Of a stretch of 64,000 nucleotides of DNA, positions 9,913 to 19,103 are shown one piece after another; position 1 is the stretch's first letter; every line of letters starts with the position of its first letter. The notes below the pieces were generated by a model. It did not search any database and was not told the origin of the DNA. It saw only the letters and a program-made list of their open reading frames with translations. Source of the stretch: Candidatus Levyibacteriota bacterium (GTDB lineage: Bacteria > Patescibacteriota > Microgenomatia > Levybacterales > UBA12049); assembly GCA_043823085.1 (NCBI GenBank), contig JBDRBE010000004.1:197510-261509 (forward strand). The letters run 5' to 3'. The position numbers were made by a program, and so were the translations under genes.

Positions 9913-10527
9913 CTAGGAAATAATTGGTAATCCACCAAAATCCGACTTTTTCACTTCTTTATATTTTAGATTTTTAATGAGTGCAGCTTTACCTTTATGT
10001 TCCACAACATAGTAAGCGAATCCTTGCATTTGTTTTACTAATTCATAATCTGCATGACCTGGCATGCTGACTGGGTTTACATCATTAAAATTGACAGGAC
10101 TATTATCGGCTGTAACAAAATAAGATTCGCCAACGTTTGCAAAAAGATGTCCACATGAAGGAGGCATGTAAACTGAATCGCCCTGTTTTACTTTAATTGC
10201 CTTAAACTCTTCAACTATTTCTGCAATCATTTTCCCATTATTATCAGTTGATAATTTTTGCAATAAGGCTATTCCTTCTCCAAAAGCAATCCAATAAGTT
10301 TCATCGAGATTTCCTACATGATAATGCCCATAGGTTTTTATGTATTCTTTACTTATTGTTCCAGGTTCCCAAACAGTAATGTTTTTCTGGTCTTTTCCTC
10401 CCCGTATCATATAGTAATGAATTTCTGGTCCTATGCCGTTTGGATCCATCAAGACTTCTTTCATTTTTTCGTGGGTTCTAGCGGCATAATGTTTTGAAAC
10501 ATTTTTAAAATCAATATTCATATTCAT
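9913..10527 (-). CDS. Cupin-type (archaeal-like) glucose-6-phosphate isomerase
   Basis: EYIKTYGHYH...E...GEG...MPPSCGH cupin GPI signature; located in a glycolytic operon. Confidence 0.8.
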   Translation of the reverse strand: MNMNIDFKNVSKHYAARTHEKMKEVLMDPNGIGPEIHYYMIRGGKDQKNITVWEPGTISKEYIKTYGHYHVGNLDETYWIAFGEGIALLQKLSTDNNGKMIAEIVEEFKAIKVKQGDSVYMPPSCGHLFANVGESYFVTADNSPVNFNDVNPVSMPGHADYELVKQMQGFAYYVVEHKGKAALIKNLKYKEVKKSDFGGLPIIS

Positions 10528-10958
10528 TCATTTCTTTCTATTTTCCTTTGTTCTGGAGTTTCATCTGGTCTTTTATAATCATCCTCTAATCTTAAAGTCG
10601 TTCCAATTTCCGGAGTTGAAACTTCAACAATATCGCAATCGGTAATTCCTGCAAGCCGATGCTTTTGTCCAAATTCACAACTATACCCTTTTTTAGGTTC
10701 AAATTCCGTTTCGACTAGTTCTCCATTTTGATTTTCCCAGATTACTTTAGCACGACCATTAATCAAAAACCAGCTTTCCTGTTTTTGGTCATGAACTTGG
10801 AGGCTTAACCTTTTCCCCGCATTAATATGTAAGATTTTTCCCATATAAGGTTTATCTTCCGGTGCCCAATGCAATTCATATCCCCACGGTTTCTCAATCC
10901 TTTTTGCATAGGGAAGATTAGTAAACTTTGATTTATCAATGTTGGCAAGATCAATCAT
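10524..10958 (-). CDS. Cupin, mannose-6-phosphate isomerase type II-like
   Basis: EKPWG, RLSLQVH..K.ESW, KHRL and RLEDDYKR motifs. Confidence 0.85.
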   Translation of the reverse strand: MIDLANIDKSKFTNLPYAKRIEKPWGYELHWAPEDKPYMGKILHINAGKRLSLQVHDQKQESWFLINGRAKVIWENQNGELVETEFEPKKGYSCEFGQKHRLAGITDCDIVEVSTPEIGTTLRLEDDYKRPDETPEQRKIERNE

Positions 10959-10959
10959 A

Positions 10960-12357
10960 TTAGTGCGCGCCTGTCATATCCCAATCTTTACTTACCTTAT
11001 CAAATTTGTCAAGCTTTTCTTTAAATATTTTTTTTATTTTTTCAAGCTCCTCTTTGGTTTTTCCTTCAAACCTTAGAACAAGGGTTGGAGTATTAGATGA
11101 TGCTCTGACAAGTCCCCATCCGCCGTCTATATATACGCGAGCGCCGTTAATATCAATAACTTTATAACCGCCATCCTTAAATTCTTTTGTTAATGCTTCA
11201 ACAATTTTATATTTATCCTCGTCTGTAGTTTTTACCTGGATTGTTGGCGTTGAAACATAATAAGGTGTACTTGCAACAATTTCGGAGAGAGGTTTATCTT
11301 GCGTCGAAAGGTATTCTAAGACTTTTAAGGCTGCAAAAATACCATCATCAAATCCGTAAAAATCATCAACGAAAAAAATATGACCGCTCATTTCTCCTGC
11401 CATTGCAGCATTTTCCTGGGTCAATTTTGATTTAATATAAGAATGTCCTGTTTTCCACATAATTGGAATTCCTCCATGCGCTTTAATATCTTCTGGCAAA
11501 GCTTCTGAAACCTTAACGTCAAAAACTATTTTTGCGCCGGGATGCTTTGCTAAAACTAACCGTGATAAAAGAATAATGTATCTATCCGGCCAAATTATAT
11601 TTCCTTTTTCATCTACCATTCCAAGTCTGTCGCCGTCGCCGTCAAACGCAAAACCAAAATCACAGGAATTAGCAACAGTTTGTTTACCTGTATCTTCCAT
11701 CATCGAAGTTCCGTCAGGATTTGGCGTGTAATTAGGATATGCCGAATCGACATTTGTAAAATGCTCGATTACTTCACAGCCAGCTTTTCTTAGAACTTCA
11801 GGCGCGTATAAGCCAGCAGTGCCATTTCCTGTGTTTACTAAAACTTTGAATTTTTTGGTGATTTGGGCGCGCGATAAAAGATCATCAATATAAGCTTTTG
11901 CCAAATCTTCTTTTCTGATTGTCCCGTTTCCGGTTATAAATTCTTCTTTTGAAATAGTATCGTAGACTTCTTTTAATTCATCAGTTAAAAGCGTGTAGGA
12001 TAAATCTGACCCAAGCTTTACCCCGTTCCACCCAACTGGATTATGGCTTGCAGTAACCATTACCAAACCTTTAACTTTTAAATGATATTGCGCCCAATAA
12101 GTAATCGGAGTTGTAACTGTCCCGATATCAATTACATTAATGCCGCATTCGTTTAATCCCTTAATAGCATTTTTTTTAAAGGTGCCAGATGTTTCTCTTG
12201 CGTCAGAGCCAACGATTGCCTCTTTAATTCTCCTTTTTGCTAAAAATGTGCCAAAACCTTTTCCTATGTAGTACATTGAAGTGTCATTGAGTTCATCAAC
12301 TGATTCTCGTCCCCGAAGGTCATATTCGCGAAACATTGTTTTCTTTAAAATCGGCAT
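10960..12357 (-). CDS. Phosphomannomutase/phosphoglucomutase
   Basis: TASHNP, FDGDGDR, GEMSGH and RASSNTP motifs. Confidence 0.95.
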   Translation of the reverse strand: MPILKKTMFREYDLRGRESVDELNDTSMYYIGKGFGTFLAKRRIKEAIVGSDARETSGTFKKNAIKGLNECGINVIDIGTVTTPITYWAQYHLKVKGLVMVTASHNPVGWNGVKLGSDLSYTLLTDELKEVYDTISKEEFITGNGTIRKEDLAKAYIDDLLSRAQITKKFKVLVNTGNGTAGLYAPEVLRKAGCEVIEHFTNVDSAYPNYTPNPDGTSMMEDTGKQTVANSCDFGFAFDGDGDRLGMVDEKGNIIWPDRYIILLSRLVLAKHPGAKIVFDVKVSEALPEDIKAHGGIPIMWKTGHSYIKSKLTQENAAMAGEMSGHIFFVDDFYGFDDGIFAALKVLEYLSTQDKPLSEIVASTPYYVSTPTIQVKTTDEDKYKIVEALTKEFKDGGYKVIDINGARVYIDGGWGLVRASSNTPTLVLRFEGKTKEELEKIKKIFKEKLDKFDKVSKDWDMTGAH

Positions 12358-12367
12358 ATTAAATATA

Positions 12368-13069
12368 TTATAAACTAATCAATAGTATGTCAATTGACTG
12401 AACAAGGGATAAATTAAGTGTGCCTGTTTTTTGGCAAAGATCAATATCGTATAATTTTTGGTAAATGTTTTTTAATTGTTCGATTGAAAAAAGCTTTGCC
12501 TGCCTTTGTAGCTTATCCTTCTGCCATGGAGCAAGCCTATTAATTTCATCAATCGTTCCGTCAGCTGACGGATTTGAATCAGAGAGCGCCAAAAGAACGC
12601 GGAATTGGCGGACAAGCATATAAAAAACAAGTTCAGATCCCATTGTTTTTAAAAGCTCGTGAAATCCAACAATCATATTTTTGCTATTTGCGGGTTTTAT
12701 TGAATCTAAAAATGTAAACAAAATTTGAGGCTGTTTAAAGATTTTTACAACGGGATTTTTAAAGGTAGAAATTTGGCTTTTTGTTAATTCTTTTCCTTCC
12801 CAGATAAAAATATTTGCGTTTTTTTCATTTTTCTCAATTAAACCCAAAATTTGTTTAAAATCGATGCTTTGCTTTTTTTTAGAGAAAATATTTTCGATGA
12901 AAATGTTTTTTTCATCGCTAAATAACCCTTCCCCTTCAAAAACTTGTGCAATGTCATTAACAGTTAAATTCTGTCCGTCCAGAGAAAACGAATTCTTTGT
13001 TTTTTCTTTTTCCTCCGAAAAAAACTTTCGCGAATTCACAATATCGTCGCCGTGAATAATAGTAATCAT
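12368..13069 (-). CDS. holA: DNA polymerase III delta subunit-like (short form)
   Basis: MITIIHGDD start and C-terminal LYDIDLCQKTG typical of HolA. Confidence 0.7.
   Translation of the reverse strand: MITIIHGDDIVNSRKFFSEEKEKTKNSFSLDGQNLTVNDIAQVFEGEGLFSDEKNIFIENIFSKKKQSIDFKQILGLIEKNEKNANIFIWEGKELTKSQISTFKNPVVKIFKQPQILFTFLDSIKPANSKNMIVGFHELLKTMGSELVFYMLVRQFRVLLALSDSNPSADGTIDEINRLAPWQKDKLQRQAKLFSIEQLKNIYQKLYDIDLCQKTGTLNLSLVQSIDILLISL
12557..12572. repeat. Perfect 16-bp palindrome inside holA
   Basis: TCCGTCAGCTGACGGA, encoding PSADG. Confidence 0.65.
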
Positions 13070-13074
13070 AGATT

Positions 13075-13227
13075 AATTTTAAATTTTAAATTTTTAATTT
13101 TCAATCAATTTCCAATTATTTAATTATTAAAATATTGGGATTTCATAAGCAAAGCTTGAAAACAAAGTATTTCAAGCGGGCTTTCAAACTTTGTTTATTA
13201 AAAATTAGAAATTAAGAATTAGAAATT
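13075..13227. repeat. Intergenic element bounded by inverted 7-bp tandem runs
   Basis: AATTTTA-like x4 on the left, AAATTAG-like x3 on the right, and a central GCTTGAAA/TTTCAAGC hairpin (13154-13177). Confidence 0.55.
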
Positions 13228-13628
13228 TTTTTATACTCTTTAAACAACTGATTAGTCAGTATTGATATTCTCCGACTTCTTGTCTGGTGGGGGACAAGCG
13301 CGCCTGAAAAATTCTTTGGAATATGCAATAGCTCATGGATTAGAACTTTCTTTTTATCATCCTCGCTTAATTTATCAAAATGTCTGGATAGAACTTCGAT
13401 TACATAAGCCGGTCTGACATCCAAAGCGCGTTGAAATATTTTTGGAAAAGACCAAATGCGTGCGTAAGATCTTGATTTTGAACCATATGTACGGTAGCAA
13501 AATATTCTGCCTGGATTAATGTGAGCTAGATTGAGAATTTGAATAATTTCACTAATCTCTTTTTTAACTTCCATCGCCTCTTCCCAATTTAATTTTGAGT
13601 TTTGAGTTTTGAGTTTTGAGTTTTTCAT
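13212..13628 (-). CDS. Putative zincin metallopeptidase
   Basis: HELLH motif and ARIWSFP motif; N-terminus encoded by a heptamer repeat. Confidence 0.8.
   Translation of the reverse strand: MKNSKLKTQNSKLNWEEAMEVKKEISEIIQILNLAHINPGRIFCYRTYGSKSRSYARIWSFPKIFQRALDVRPAYVIEVLSRHFDKLSEDDKKKVLIHELLHIPKNFSGALVPHQTRSRRISILTNQLFKEYKKISNS
13593..13620. repeat. (TTTTGAG)x4 perfect tandem repeat
   Basis: Read directly from the sequence. Confidence 0.9.
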
Positions 13629-14125
13629 GTGTGCTTATCGGCTACGTATGATGCGCCGTAAGACTCTGGTTTTGTTTTTGCGACAAACCCGTTTCCCGTC
13701 ACCATTCCAACAACTTCTTTTATCATTTCTCTTGTGTCGCCGTGTTCCCCAACGTCGACATGAATTTCCAGATTGTAATTGGGGCTTTTACCATTTAGAG
13801 CCTTTTTAAGGATTGGAACAAAGGTCTTTGCAAAATCAAGCGAAATCATTGTTTCGGCGTAAATTTTCTGACGCAGAGTATGAATATCGCGTACTTTTCT
13901 CCTTTGCCAAAAATATTTTCCGCCAAACCCTTTTCGATGCACAACAACTGCCGTTACAAGATTTACGACTTTTTTGCCGTTTTCTCCATCGATTTTTTCC
14001 TGTGAATCCGTTCCAATTACAAGATTGTAATCGAGTTTTGGATCTTCCTCCAAGAAATATTTAATATAATTAATAACTTCCAAAAGGTCGAGCGTTCCGT
14101 GGGTTGTGCTTTGAAATAATTCCAT
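13625..14125 (-). CDS. RNase H-like YkuK family protein
   Basis: IGTDSQ, EIHVDVG..G.T and KPESYGASYVAD motifs. Confidence 0.85.
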   Translation of the reverse strand: MELFQSTTHGTLDLLEVINYIKYFLEEDPKLDYNLVIGTDSQEKIDGENGKKVVNLVTAVVVHRKGFGGKYFWQRRKVRDIHTLRQKIYAETMISLDFAKTFVPILKKALNGKSPNYNLEIHVDVGEHGDTREMIKEVVGMVTGNGFVAKTKPESYGASYVADKHT

Positions 14126-14157
14126 TGAATTTTCTCATCAATTCTACCATATTCCAC

Positions 14158-15318
14158 CTAAATTTTCAGCATCCATTTAATAGTTGTCATAACGGATTTT
14201 GGGACTGTAATGGCAGGTTGAATAATTTCATTTGTAACTTTGGAAAAATCCACAATTTTTTCTTCATTTTGCTCCATTTTTTTTGCCAAAAATGATTCAT
14301 TGTCAACTGATAATTGCGGTTTTCCCGGTATTTTTGCAATTTCTTTTACGGCTTTTTGATTTTCATTTTCAGAGCCGTCAATATTGGTAAAAGAAAACAT
14401 GTCAAATGGTGACCCTGCTTTTAAAAGAAAAGGGGTAACAGCGACAATATTTTCATCGTTCCAAATCAAGTTGTAGGCAGTTCGAAGGTATTGAGGAATT
14501 ATGTCAGAAGAAACTGAATTGCTTGACCAGCCGGTTTCAGTGATAAATACGGGTAAATCTTTTCCGCCTAAAGTTTTGGCCAAATTTTTCTCATATCTAA
14601 AACTTGCAATGCTCATAGTTCCTAAAGTTGTCGGCGGTTTGGAAAAACCGGGGTTTGGATAAGAATGGCTGGCAAGCCCGTCAACTTTGGAAAACACATT
14701 ATTAAAAGCGCTCATTTGCCGCATAAAATCGTATTCGTTGATATATTTTCCATAAACATTTGCACAGCCGTTGTCAAGACCGGAAGATAAAATAAAAAAA
14801 TCCTGACTTCTTTCTTTAAAAATATCAACGGCATAACTTAAAATCCGGGCGTATTCTTTCGGGTTTGGACTTCCTTCCCATTCGTCACCGCGATTTACTT
14901 CGTTAAAAACGACAACGTAACGATTAATTGTCGGCCATGTCAAAGAATTTAAAAAATTAGCAAAGTCCAAAACATCGTATTCTGTTGGTTTTCGCCAGAC
15001 ACTTGTATTAAAATAATCTCCCTCGGAGGCAAGTCTGATAATTGGAATAACGTGTTTCTGCCTTGCAGAGTCCATAAAATTCTGCCATTTTAAAAGATCT
15101 TTATCACCTGCCTGAATTGGAATTGTCACATAGCCCCAATCACCGCCGTTTGAATTAACCAATCTTGCCGCGTCATTTATCTCATCTGGAAAGAGGATAT
15201 GAATGCCGAATTTATTGTTTGGAACCTTCAGCGGATCCTCAATAGCAAAGACTTGTTTTGGAAGAAGAAAATAAGAAAGAAGAAAGAAGAAAATAATAAT
15301 AACTTTCAATTTTGTCAT
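14158..15318 (-). CDS. Secreted glycoside hydrolase-like protein (clan GH-A-like)
   Basis: Signal peptide; FNEVN, HSYP and ITETGW motifs. Confidence 0.7.
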   Translation of the reverse strand: MTKLKVIIIFFFLLSYFLLPKQVFAIEDPLKVPNNKFGIHILFPDEINDAARLVNSNGGDWGYVTIPIQAGDKDLLKWQNFMDSARQKHVIPIIRLASEGDYFNTSVWRKPTEYDVLDFANFLNSLTWPTINRYVVVFNEVNRGDEWEGSPNPKEYARILSYAVDIFKERSQDFFILSSGLDNGCANVYGKYINEYDFMRQMSAFNNVFSKVDGLASHSYPNPGFSKPPTTLGTMSIASFRYEKNLAKTLGGKDLPVFITETGWSSNSVSSDIIPQYLRTAYNLIWNDENIVAVTPFLLKAGSPFDMFSFTNIDGSENENQKAVKEIAKIPGKPQLSVDNESFLAKKMEQNEEKIVDFSKVTNEIIQPAITVPKSVMTTIKWMLKI

Positions 15319-15412
15319 GCTTTTATTATAGCATGGTTAAAATCGAAAGTCAGAAAACCGGCAGACAAAAATCCGAAAACTCAAAACAAAAAACCCATAA
15401 GCGAAATACTAA

Positions 15413-15440
15413 CTAATCGCTAATTGCTAATCGCTAGTTA
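15413..15440. repeat. CTAATCG-type 7-bp tandem repeat
   Basis: CTAATCG CTAATTG CTAATCG CTAGTTA. Confidence 0.7.
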
Positions 15441-15495
15441 GCAATCTCTTTAAGGAGTTGCCTTTCCTCACACTTAGGACTAAAATAAAAGTCAG

Positions 15496-15690
15496 ATGGC
15501 AAAGAAAATTAGAGAAATTAAGGGAGCTAATATGGATATTGATTTTACTCTTTCCTCATGGAAGCATGGTGAGTGTCCTTGGGGAAAAAATCACAAATGT
15601 GCTGTCAAAAATGTTTCAATTTGTGATCATTTTGAAGGCGTGAAGAAATTAGATACAGTCCTTTGCAGCTACCCAGACAAAAAATCATAA
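15496..15690 (+). CDS. Small protein with four Cys
   Basis: 64-aa ORF preceded by TTGCCT-N17-TAAAAT. Confidence 0.6.
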   Translation: MAKKIREIKGANMDIDFTLSSWKHGECPWGKNHKCAVKNVSICDHFEGVKKLDTVLCSYPDKKS

Positions 15691-15760
15691 ATCATAAATC
15701 CTATCCCCTAGACCCCCAATCTCCCCTTTTGTGCCATAATGAGGCAAGAAAATTCCCTTC

Positions 15761-15790
15761 TTGACAATAGACCAAAGAGTCGGGTATTAT
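15761..15790 (+). promoter_or_regulatory. Sigma70-like promoter of the lexA2/R-M operon (leaderless)
   Basis: TTGACA-N18-TATTAT, with ATG 6 nt downstream. Confidence 0.6.
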
Positions 15791-15796
15791 TGTTTT

Positions 15797-16435
15797 ATGC
15801 AAGCTAATCCCACACAACGACAAAAAGAGCTGCTTTCTATTATTTACCAATATATCCAAAATACCGGCTATCCTCCATCTTTTGAAGAAATGAAAAAACA
15901 ACTTGATGTTTCTTCAAATCAATCTGTCTTAGATCTTTTGATCAAACTGGAAGAACGGAGTTTGCTTAAAAGAAATGAATCTTCAGCTAGAAGTATCCTT
16001 ATACTGCCTCTTGGTTATGAAATTCTCGACAAACCTCCTCTTGCCCCATTCCTTGGCGCTACAAGCGCCGGTGTTCCGCTTGAAGCCATAGAAATCTCTG
16101 GAGACTGGCAGCCTCTTTCTTCAGACGTTGCCAAACTGCAAGACAATGTTTTTCTGCTCAAAATTTCTGGTGATTCCATGATTAATGCCGGTATTGATAA
16201 CGGCGATATGGTTTTAGTTAAAAGCGAAAAGGAATTTGTCTCGGGCGATATTGTATTGGCGCAAATTGGAGACGAAGCTACAATTAAACGATTTATGTCG
16301 GACGATAAACCGCCTTATGTTTATTTAAAACCAGAAAATCCAAAATATAGAATTATCCCTTTTACTGACGAAATGAGACTAACGGGAAAAGTTGTTTCTG
16401 TCTTCAGAGAAGGTTCTTGGAGGTCAGTTAATTAA
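15797..16435 (+). CDS. lexA: Second LexA-family repressor/S24 autopeptidase
   Basis: wHTH (GYPPSFEE), SAG-VP cleavage site, GDSM and TIKR. Confidence 0.9.
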   Translation: MQANPTQRQKELLSIIYQYIQNTGYPPSFEEMKKQLDVSSNQSVLDLLIKLEERSLLKRNESSARSILILPLGYEILDKPPLAPFLGATSAGVPLEAIEISGDWQPLSSDVAKLQDNVFLLKISGDSMINAGIDNGDMVLVKSEKEFVSGDIVLAQIGDEATIKRFMSDDKPPYVYLKPENPKYRIIPFTDEMRLTGKVVSVFREGSWRSVN

Positions 16436-16438
16436 AAT

Positions 16439-18394
16439 ATGCCGACACAAAAGTTAAATAAAACAAAAGAAGTTATTGGAAAAATCTTTAAAGATTCTCA
16501 AATTCCTTATGGCTTGAAGGAATTTGGAGAGATTAGTCTAGAAGAAACTCTTACAATTACCGAAGAGGAGAAAGGGAGATTTTATATTAAAGACTTAAAA
16601 TCAGGTAATTTAAGATTTGTTTTTGATGAGGAAAAACAGTCGGGGAAACCGGAAGAGATTGTCAGGCAGCTTTGGTTGTATAAACTTCATACGCAATATC
16701 AATACCCTTTGGATAGAATTGACATAGAAAAAAGTATCCATTTTGGCCGTGAAATCCACGCTAAAGCCGCGGATATTGTTATTTATAAAAAGGATAAAAT
16801 TACTCCTTACATCATTGTTGAAGTTAAAAGTCCTACAGAAGAAAAAGGGATTGATCAGCTTAAGAGCTATTTAAGTGCTGAGGGAGCGGAAATTGGCCTT
16901 TGGTCAAATGGATTAAAGCGAGTTATTCTCTATCGCCCGTATCCTAGAGAATACAACGATACTCTTCCGGATTTGCCCCTTGCAAATACGACCATTGACG
17001 ATCTGCTAGAGGCTAAGAAGACTCTTTTTGAATACACCACCACTAAAATTAATTTAAAAGAAACAATTGAGACGATGGAAGAGTTAGTGCTTGCTAATGC
17101 TGGCGTGGATGTTTTTAATGAAGTTTTTAAGTTAATTTATGCCAAACTCTATGATGAAGGAGAAGCTAAATTTAGAAAAGATAATGAAGTTTATTTCAGA
17201 AAATATAAAGATCCGCAAAAAACTTATAATGTAATTAATGATCTTTTCAAAAAAGCAATCCACAAGTGGCCTGGTACTTTCTTTGAACAGGAAAACATCA
17301 GACTTTCTCCAGAACATCTTAATATTGTTGTTGGTGAACTAGAAAAAGCACGCCTTTTTGGCTCAGACCTTTCTATTATTGATGAAGCATTTGAATATTT
17401 AATCCCGGAAGTGGCCAAAGGTAAAAAAGGTCAGTACTTTACCCCTCGTCATGTTATTTCCATGGCGGTTAAAATGCTTAATCCCAAAAAAGACGAATAT
17501 GTGATTGACCCGGCGGCAGGTTCGGGTGGTTTTCTTATCAATGCCATGTATTTTGTTCGCGAGCAACACTTAAATGGTTCTGATGAGGCCATGAGAGAAT
17601 ACGCCAAAGATTATGTTTGGGGAATTGATTTTGCTGAAGAAATTTCCAAAGTTTCACGGGCCTTAATGTTGATTGCCGGCGATGGTCGTTCCCATATGTT
17701 TAGACTTAACTCTTTAGATCCGAGGGAGTGGCAAGGCGAGGATTCGGATCTTCTTGATGCTCGCTCCAAACTGAAAAACAGGCTTCTGGATTTAAGTAAT
17801 TCTTCTGATAGTTCGGAAAACCAACAAACTTTTCATTATTTCAACTTCGATGTTTTGTTAACGAATCCTCCGTTTGCCGGCGAAATTAAAGATAGCGGAA
17901 TTTTAAGGCAGTATTTTTTGGGAAGAAGAAAAGGGAAATTGGCTAACAAAATTGAACGACATATTTTGTTTATTGAAAGGGTTTTGGATATGATTCGTCC
18001 GGGTGGGCGTTTGGCAATAGTTTTACCTCAAGGAATTTTGAATAATACCAATATGGAATATATAAGAAACTGGCTTTTTGAAAAAGCCAGAATTTTAGCA
18101 GTGGTTGGACTTCATGGGAATACTTTTAAGCCTCATGCTGGAACTAAAACTTCGGTTTTGTTTTTACAAAAATGGGAAGAAAAAGAACAGCCTCTAAAAG
18201 ATTACCCAATTTTTATGGCAGTTTCCAAAAAAGGAGGGAAAGATAATTCCGGGGAATATATTTACAAAAAAGATGCAAATGGAAATTATGTTCATGATCA
18301 AAAGGGCAGAAAAGTTTTAGACCATGATTTAGACCAAATAGCAGATTCATTTATAAAATTTGCAAAGGAGCAAAATTTCAACTTTTGGAGATGA
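16439..18394 (+). CDS. Restriction-modification R-M fusion: HsdR_N-like PD-(D/E)xK nuclease plus N6-adenine methyltransferase
   Basis: EEIVRQ, ADIV...VEVK, GQYFTPR, DPAAGSGGF and NPPF motifs. Confidence 0.9.
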   Translation: MPTQKLNKTKEVIGKIFKDSQIPYGLKEFGEISLEETLTITEEEKGRFYIKDLKSGNLRFVFDEEKQSGKPEEIVRQLWLYKLHTQYQYPLDRIDIEKSIHFGREIHAKAADIVIYKKDKITPYIIVEVKSPTEEKGIDQLKSYLSAEGAEIGLWSNGLKRVILYRPYPREYNDTLPDLPLANTTIDDLLEAKKTLFEYTTTKINLKETIETMEELVLANAGVDVFNEVFKLIYAKLYDEGEAKFRKDNEVYFRKYKDPQKTYNVINDLFKKAIHKWPGTFFEQENIRLSPEHLNIVVGELEKARLFGSDLSIIDEAFEYLIPEVAKGKKGQYFTPRHVISMAVKMLNPKKDEYVIDPAAGSGGFLINAMYFVREQHLNGSDEAMREYAKDYVWGIDFAEEISKVSRALMLIAGDGRSHMFRLNSLDPREWQGEDSDLLDARSKLKNRLLDLSNSSDSSENQQTFHYFNFDVLLTNPPFAGEIKDSGILRQYFLGRRKGKLANKIERHILFIERVLDMIRPGGRLAIVLPQGILNNTNMEYIRNWLFEKARILAVVGLHGNTFKPHAGTKTSVLFLQKWEEKEQPLKDYPIFMAVSKKGGKDNSGEYIYKKDANGNYVHDQKGRKVLDHDLDQIADSFIKFAKEQNFNFWR

Positions 18395-18395
18395 A

Positions 18396-18932
18396 ATGAA
18401 AAATAAAAGAAAAATAGTATACGCTTTTATAGACAGTCAGAATTTAAACTTGGGGACGAGTAAAGATATCTACAAGAGCAGAGGTAAGTATAAAAAATTA
18501 ATATACAAAGGTTGGAAACTGGATTTTCGCAAATTTAGGAAATATTTATTTGATAAATTTAGAGTTAGCAAAGCCTTTTTATTTATTGGCTATATTAAAC
18601 AAAATGAAAAGATGTATAAACGCTTAAAGTCTTACGGGTATGAATTAATTTTTAAGCCCACTGTAAAAGATGATTATGGAAAGCCAAAAGGAAATGTTGA
18701 TGCGGAACTTGTGCTTCATGCGGCGGCTATAGAATTTTCAAACTATGCTAAAGCCATAGTTGTTTCAAATGACGGTGATTTTCGTTGTTTGCATGAGTAT
18801 TTAGAAAAAAGGAGTAAGCTACTATACATAGTTATCCCTAATAAACATAGTGAGTCTAGTTTATTAAAAGAGTTTCAGAGATACAAAATATTTCTTTATC
18901 GTGAGAAGGAGAACTTAGAATTTAAGCAATAA
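18396..18932 (+). CDS. NYN-domain (PIN-like) ribonuclease
   Basis: FIDSQN, KGNVDAEL and SNDGDF acidic motifs. Confidence 0.88.
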   Translation: MKNKRKIVYAFIDSQNLNLGTSKDIYKSRGKYKKLIYKGWKLDFRKFRKYLFDKFRVSKAFLFIGYIKQNEKMYKRLKSYGYELIFKPTVKDDYGKPKGNVDAELVLHAAAIEFSNYAKAIVVSNDGDFRCLHEYLEKRSKLLYIVIPNKHSESSLLKEFQRYKIFLYREKENLEFKQ

Positions 18933-18990
18933 AAATGGGAGGCGTCGCAAATAGACACGTAGTCTATTGGTCGTATTCTCCCTAATGATT
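18931..18990 (-). ncRNA. Candidate small hairpin RNA convergent with the NYN gene
   Basis: Minus-strand promoter at 18997-19025, GGGAG/CTCCC outer stem, AATAGAC/GTCTATT inner stem and a T5 tail. Confidence 0.5.
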
Positions 18991-18996
18991 AGTTAG

Positions 18997-19025
18997 ATTA
19001 TATTAGCTTTTATGATGATAGTCAA
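18997..19025 (-). promoter_or_regulatory. Near-consensus sigma70 promoter, antisense to the R-M operon
   Basis: TTGACT-N17-TATAAT. Confidence 0.65.
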
Positions 19026-19048
19026 GATAGCAAAAGATATCAAAAAAG

Positions 19049-19077
19049 GATGGTTCGGCAAACTCACCACAAGAGGA
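19049..19077. repeat. Hairpin repeat copy (left direct repeat)
   Basis: GATGGTTCGGCAAACTCACCACAAGAGGA; 26/29 identical to 19687-19715. Confidence 0.85.
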
Positions 19078-19103
19078 TTTAGTTTTTGGAGGTAATATTA
19101 CAT

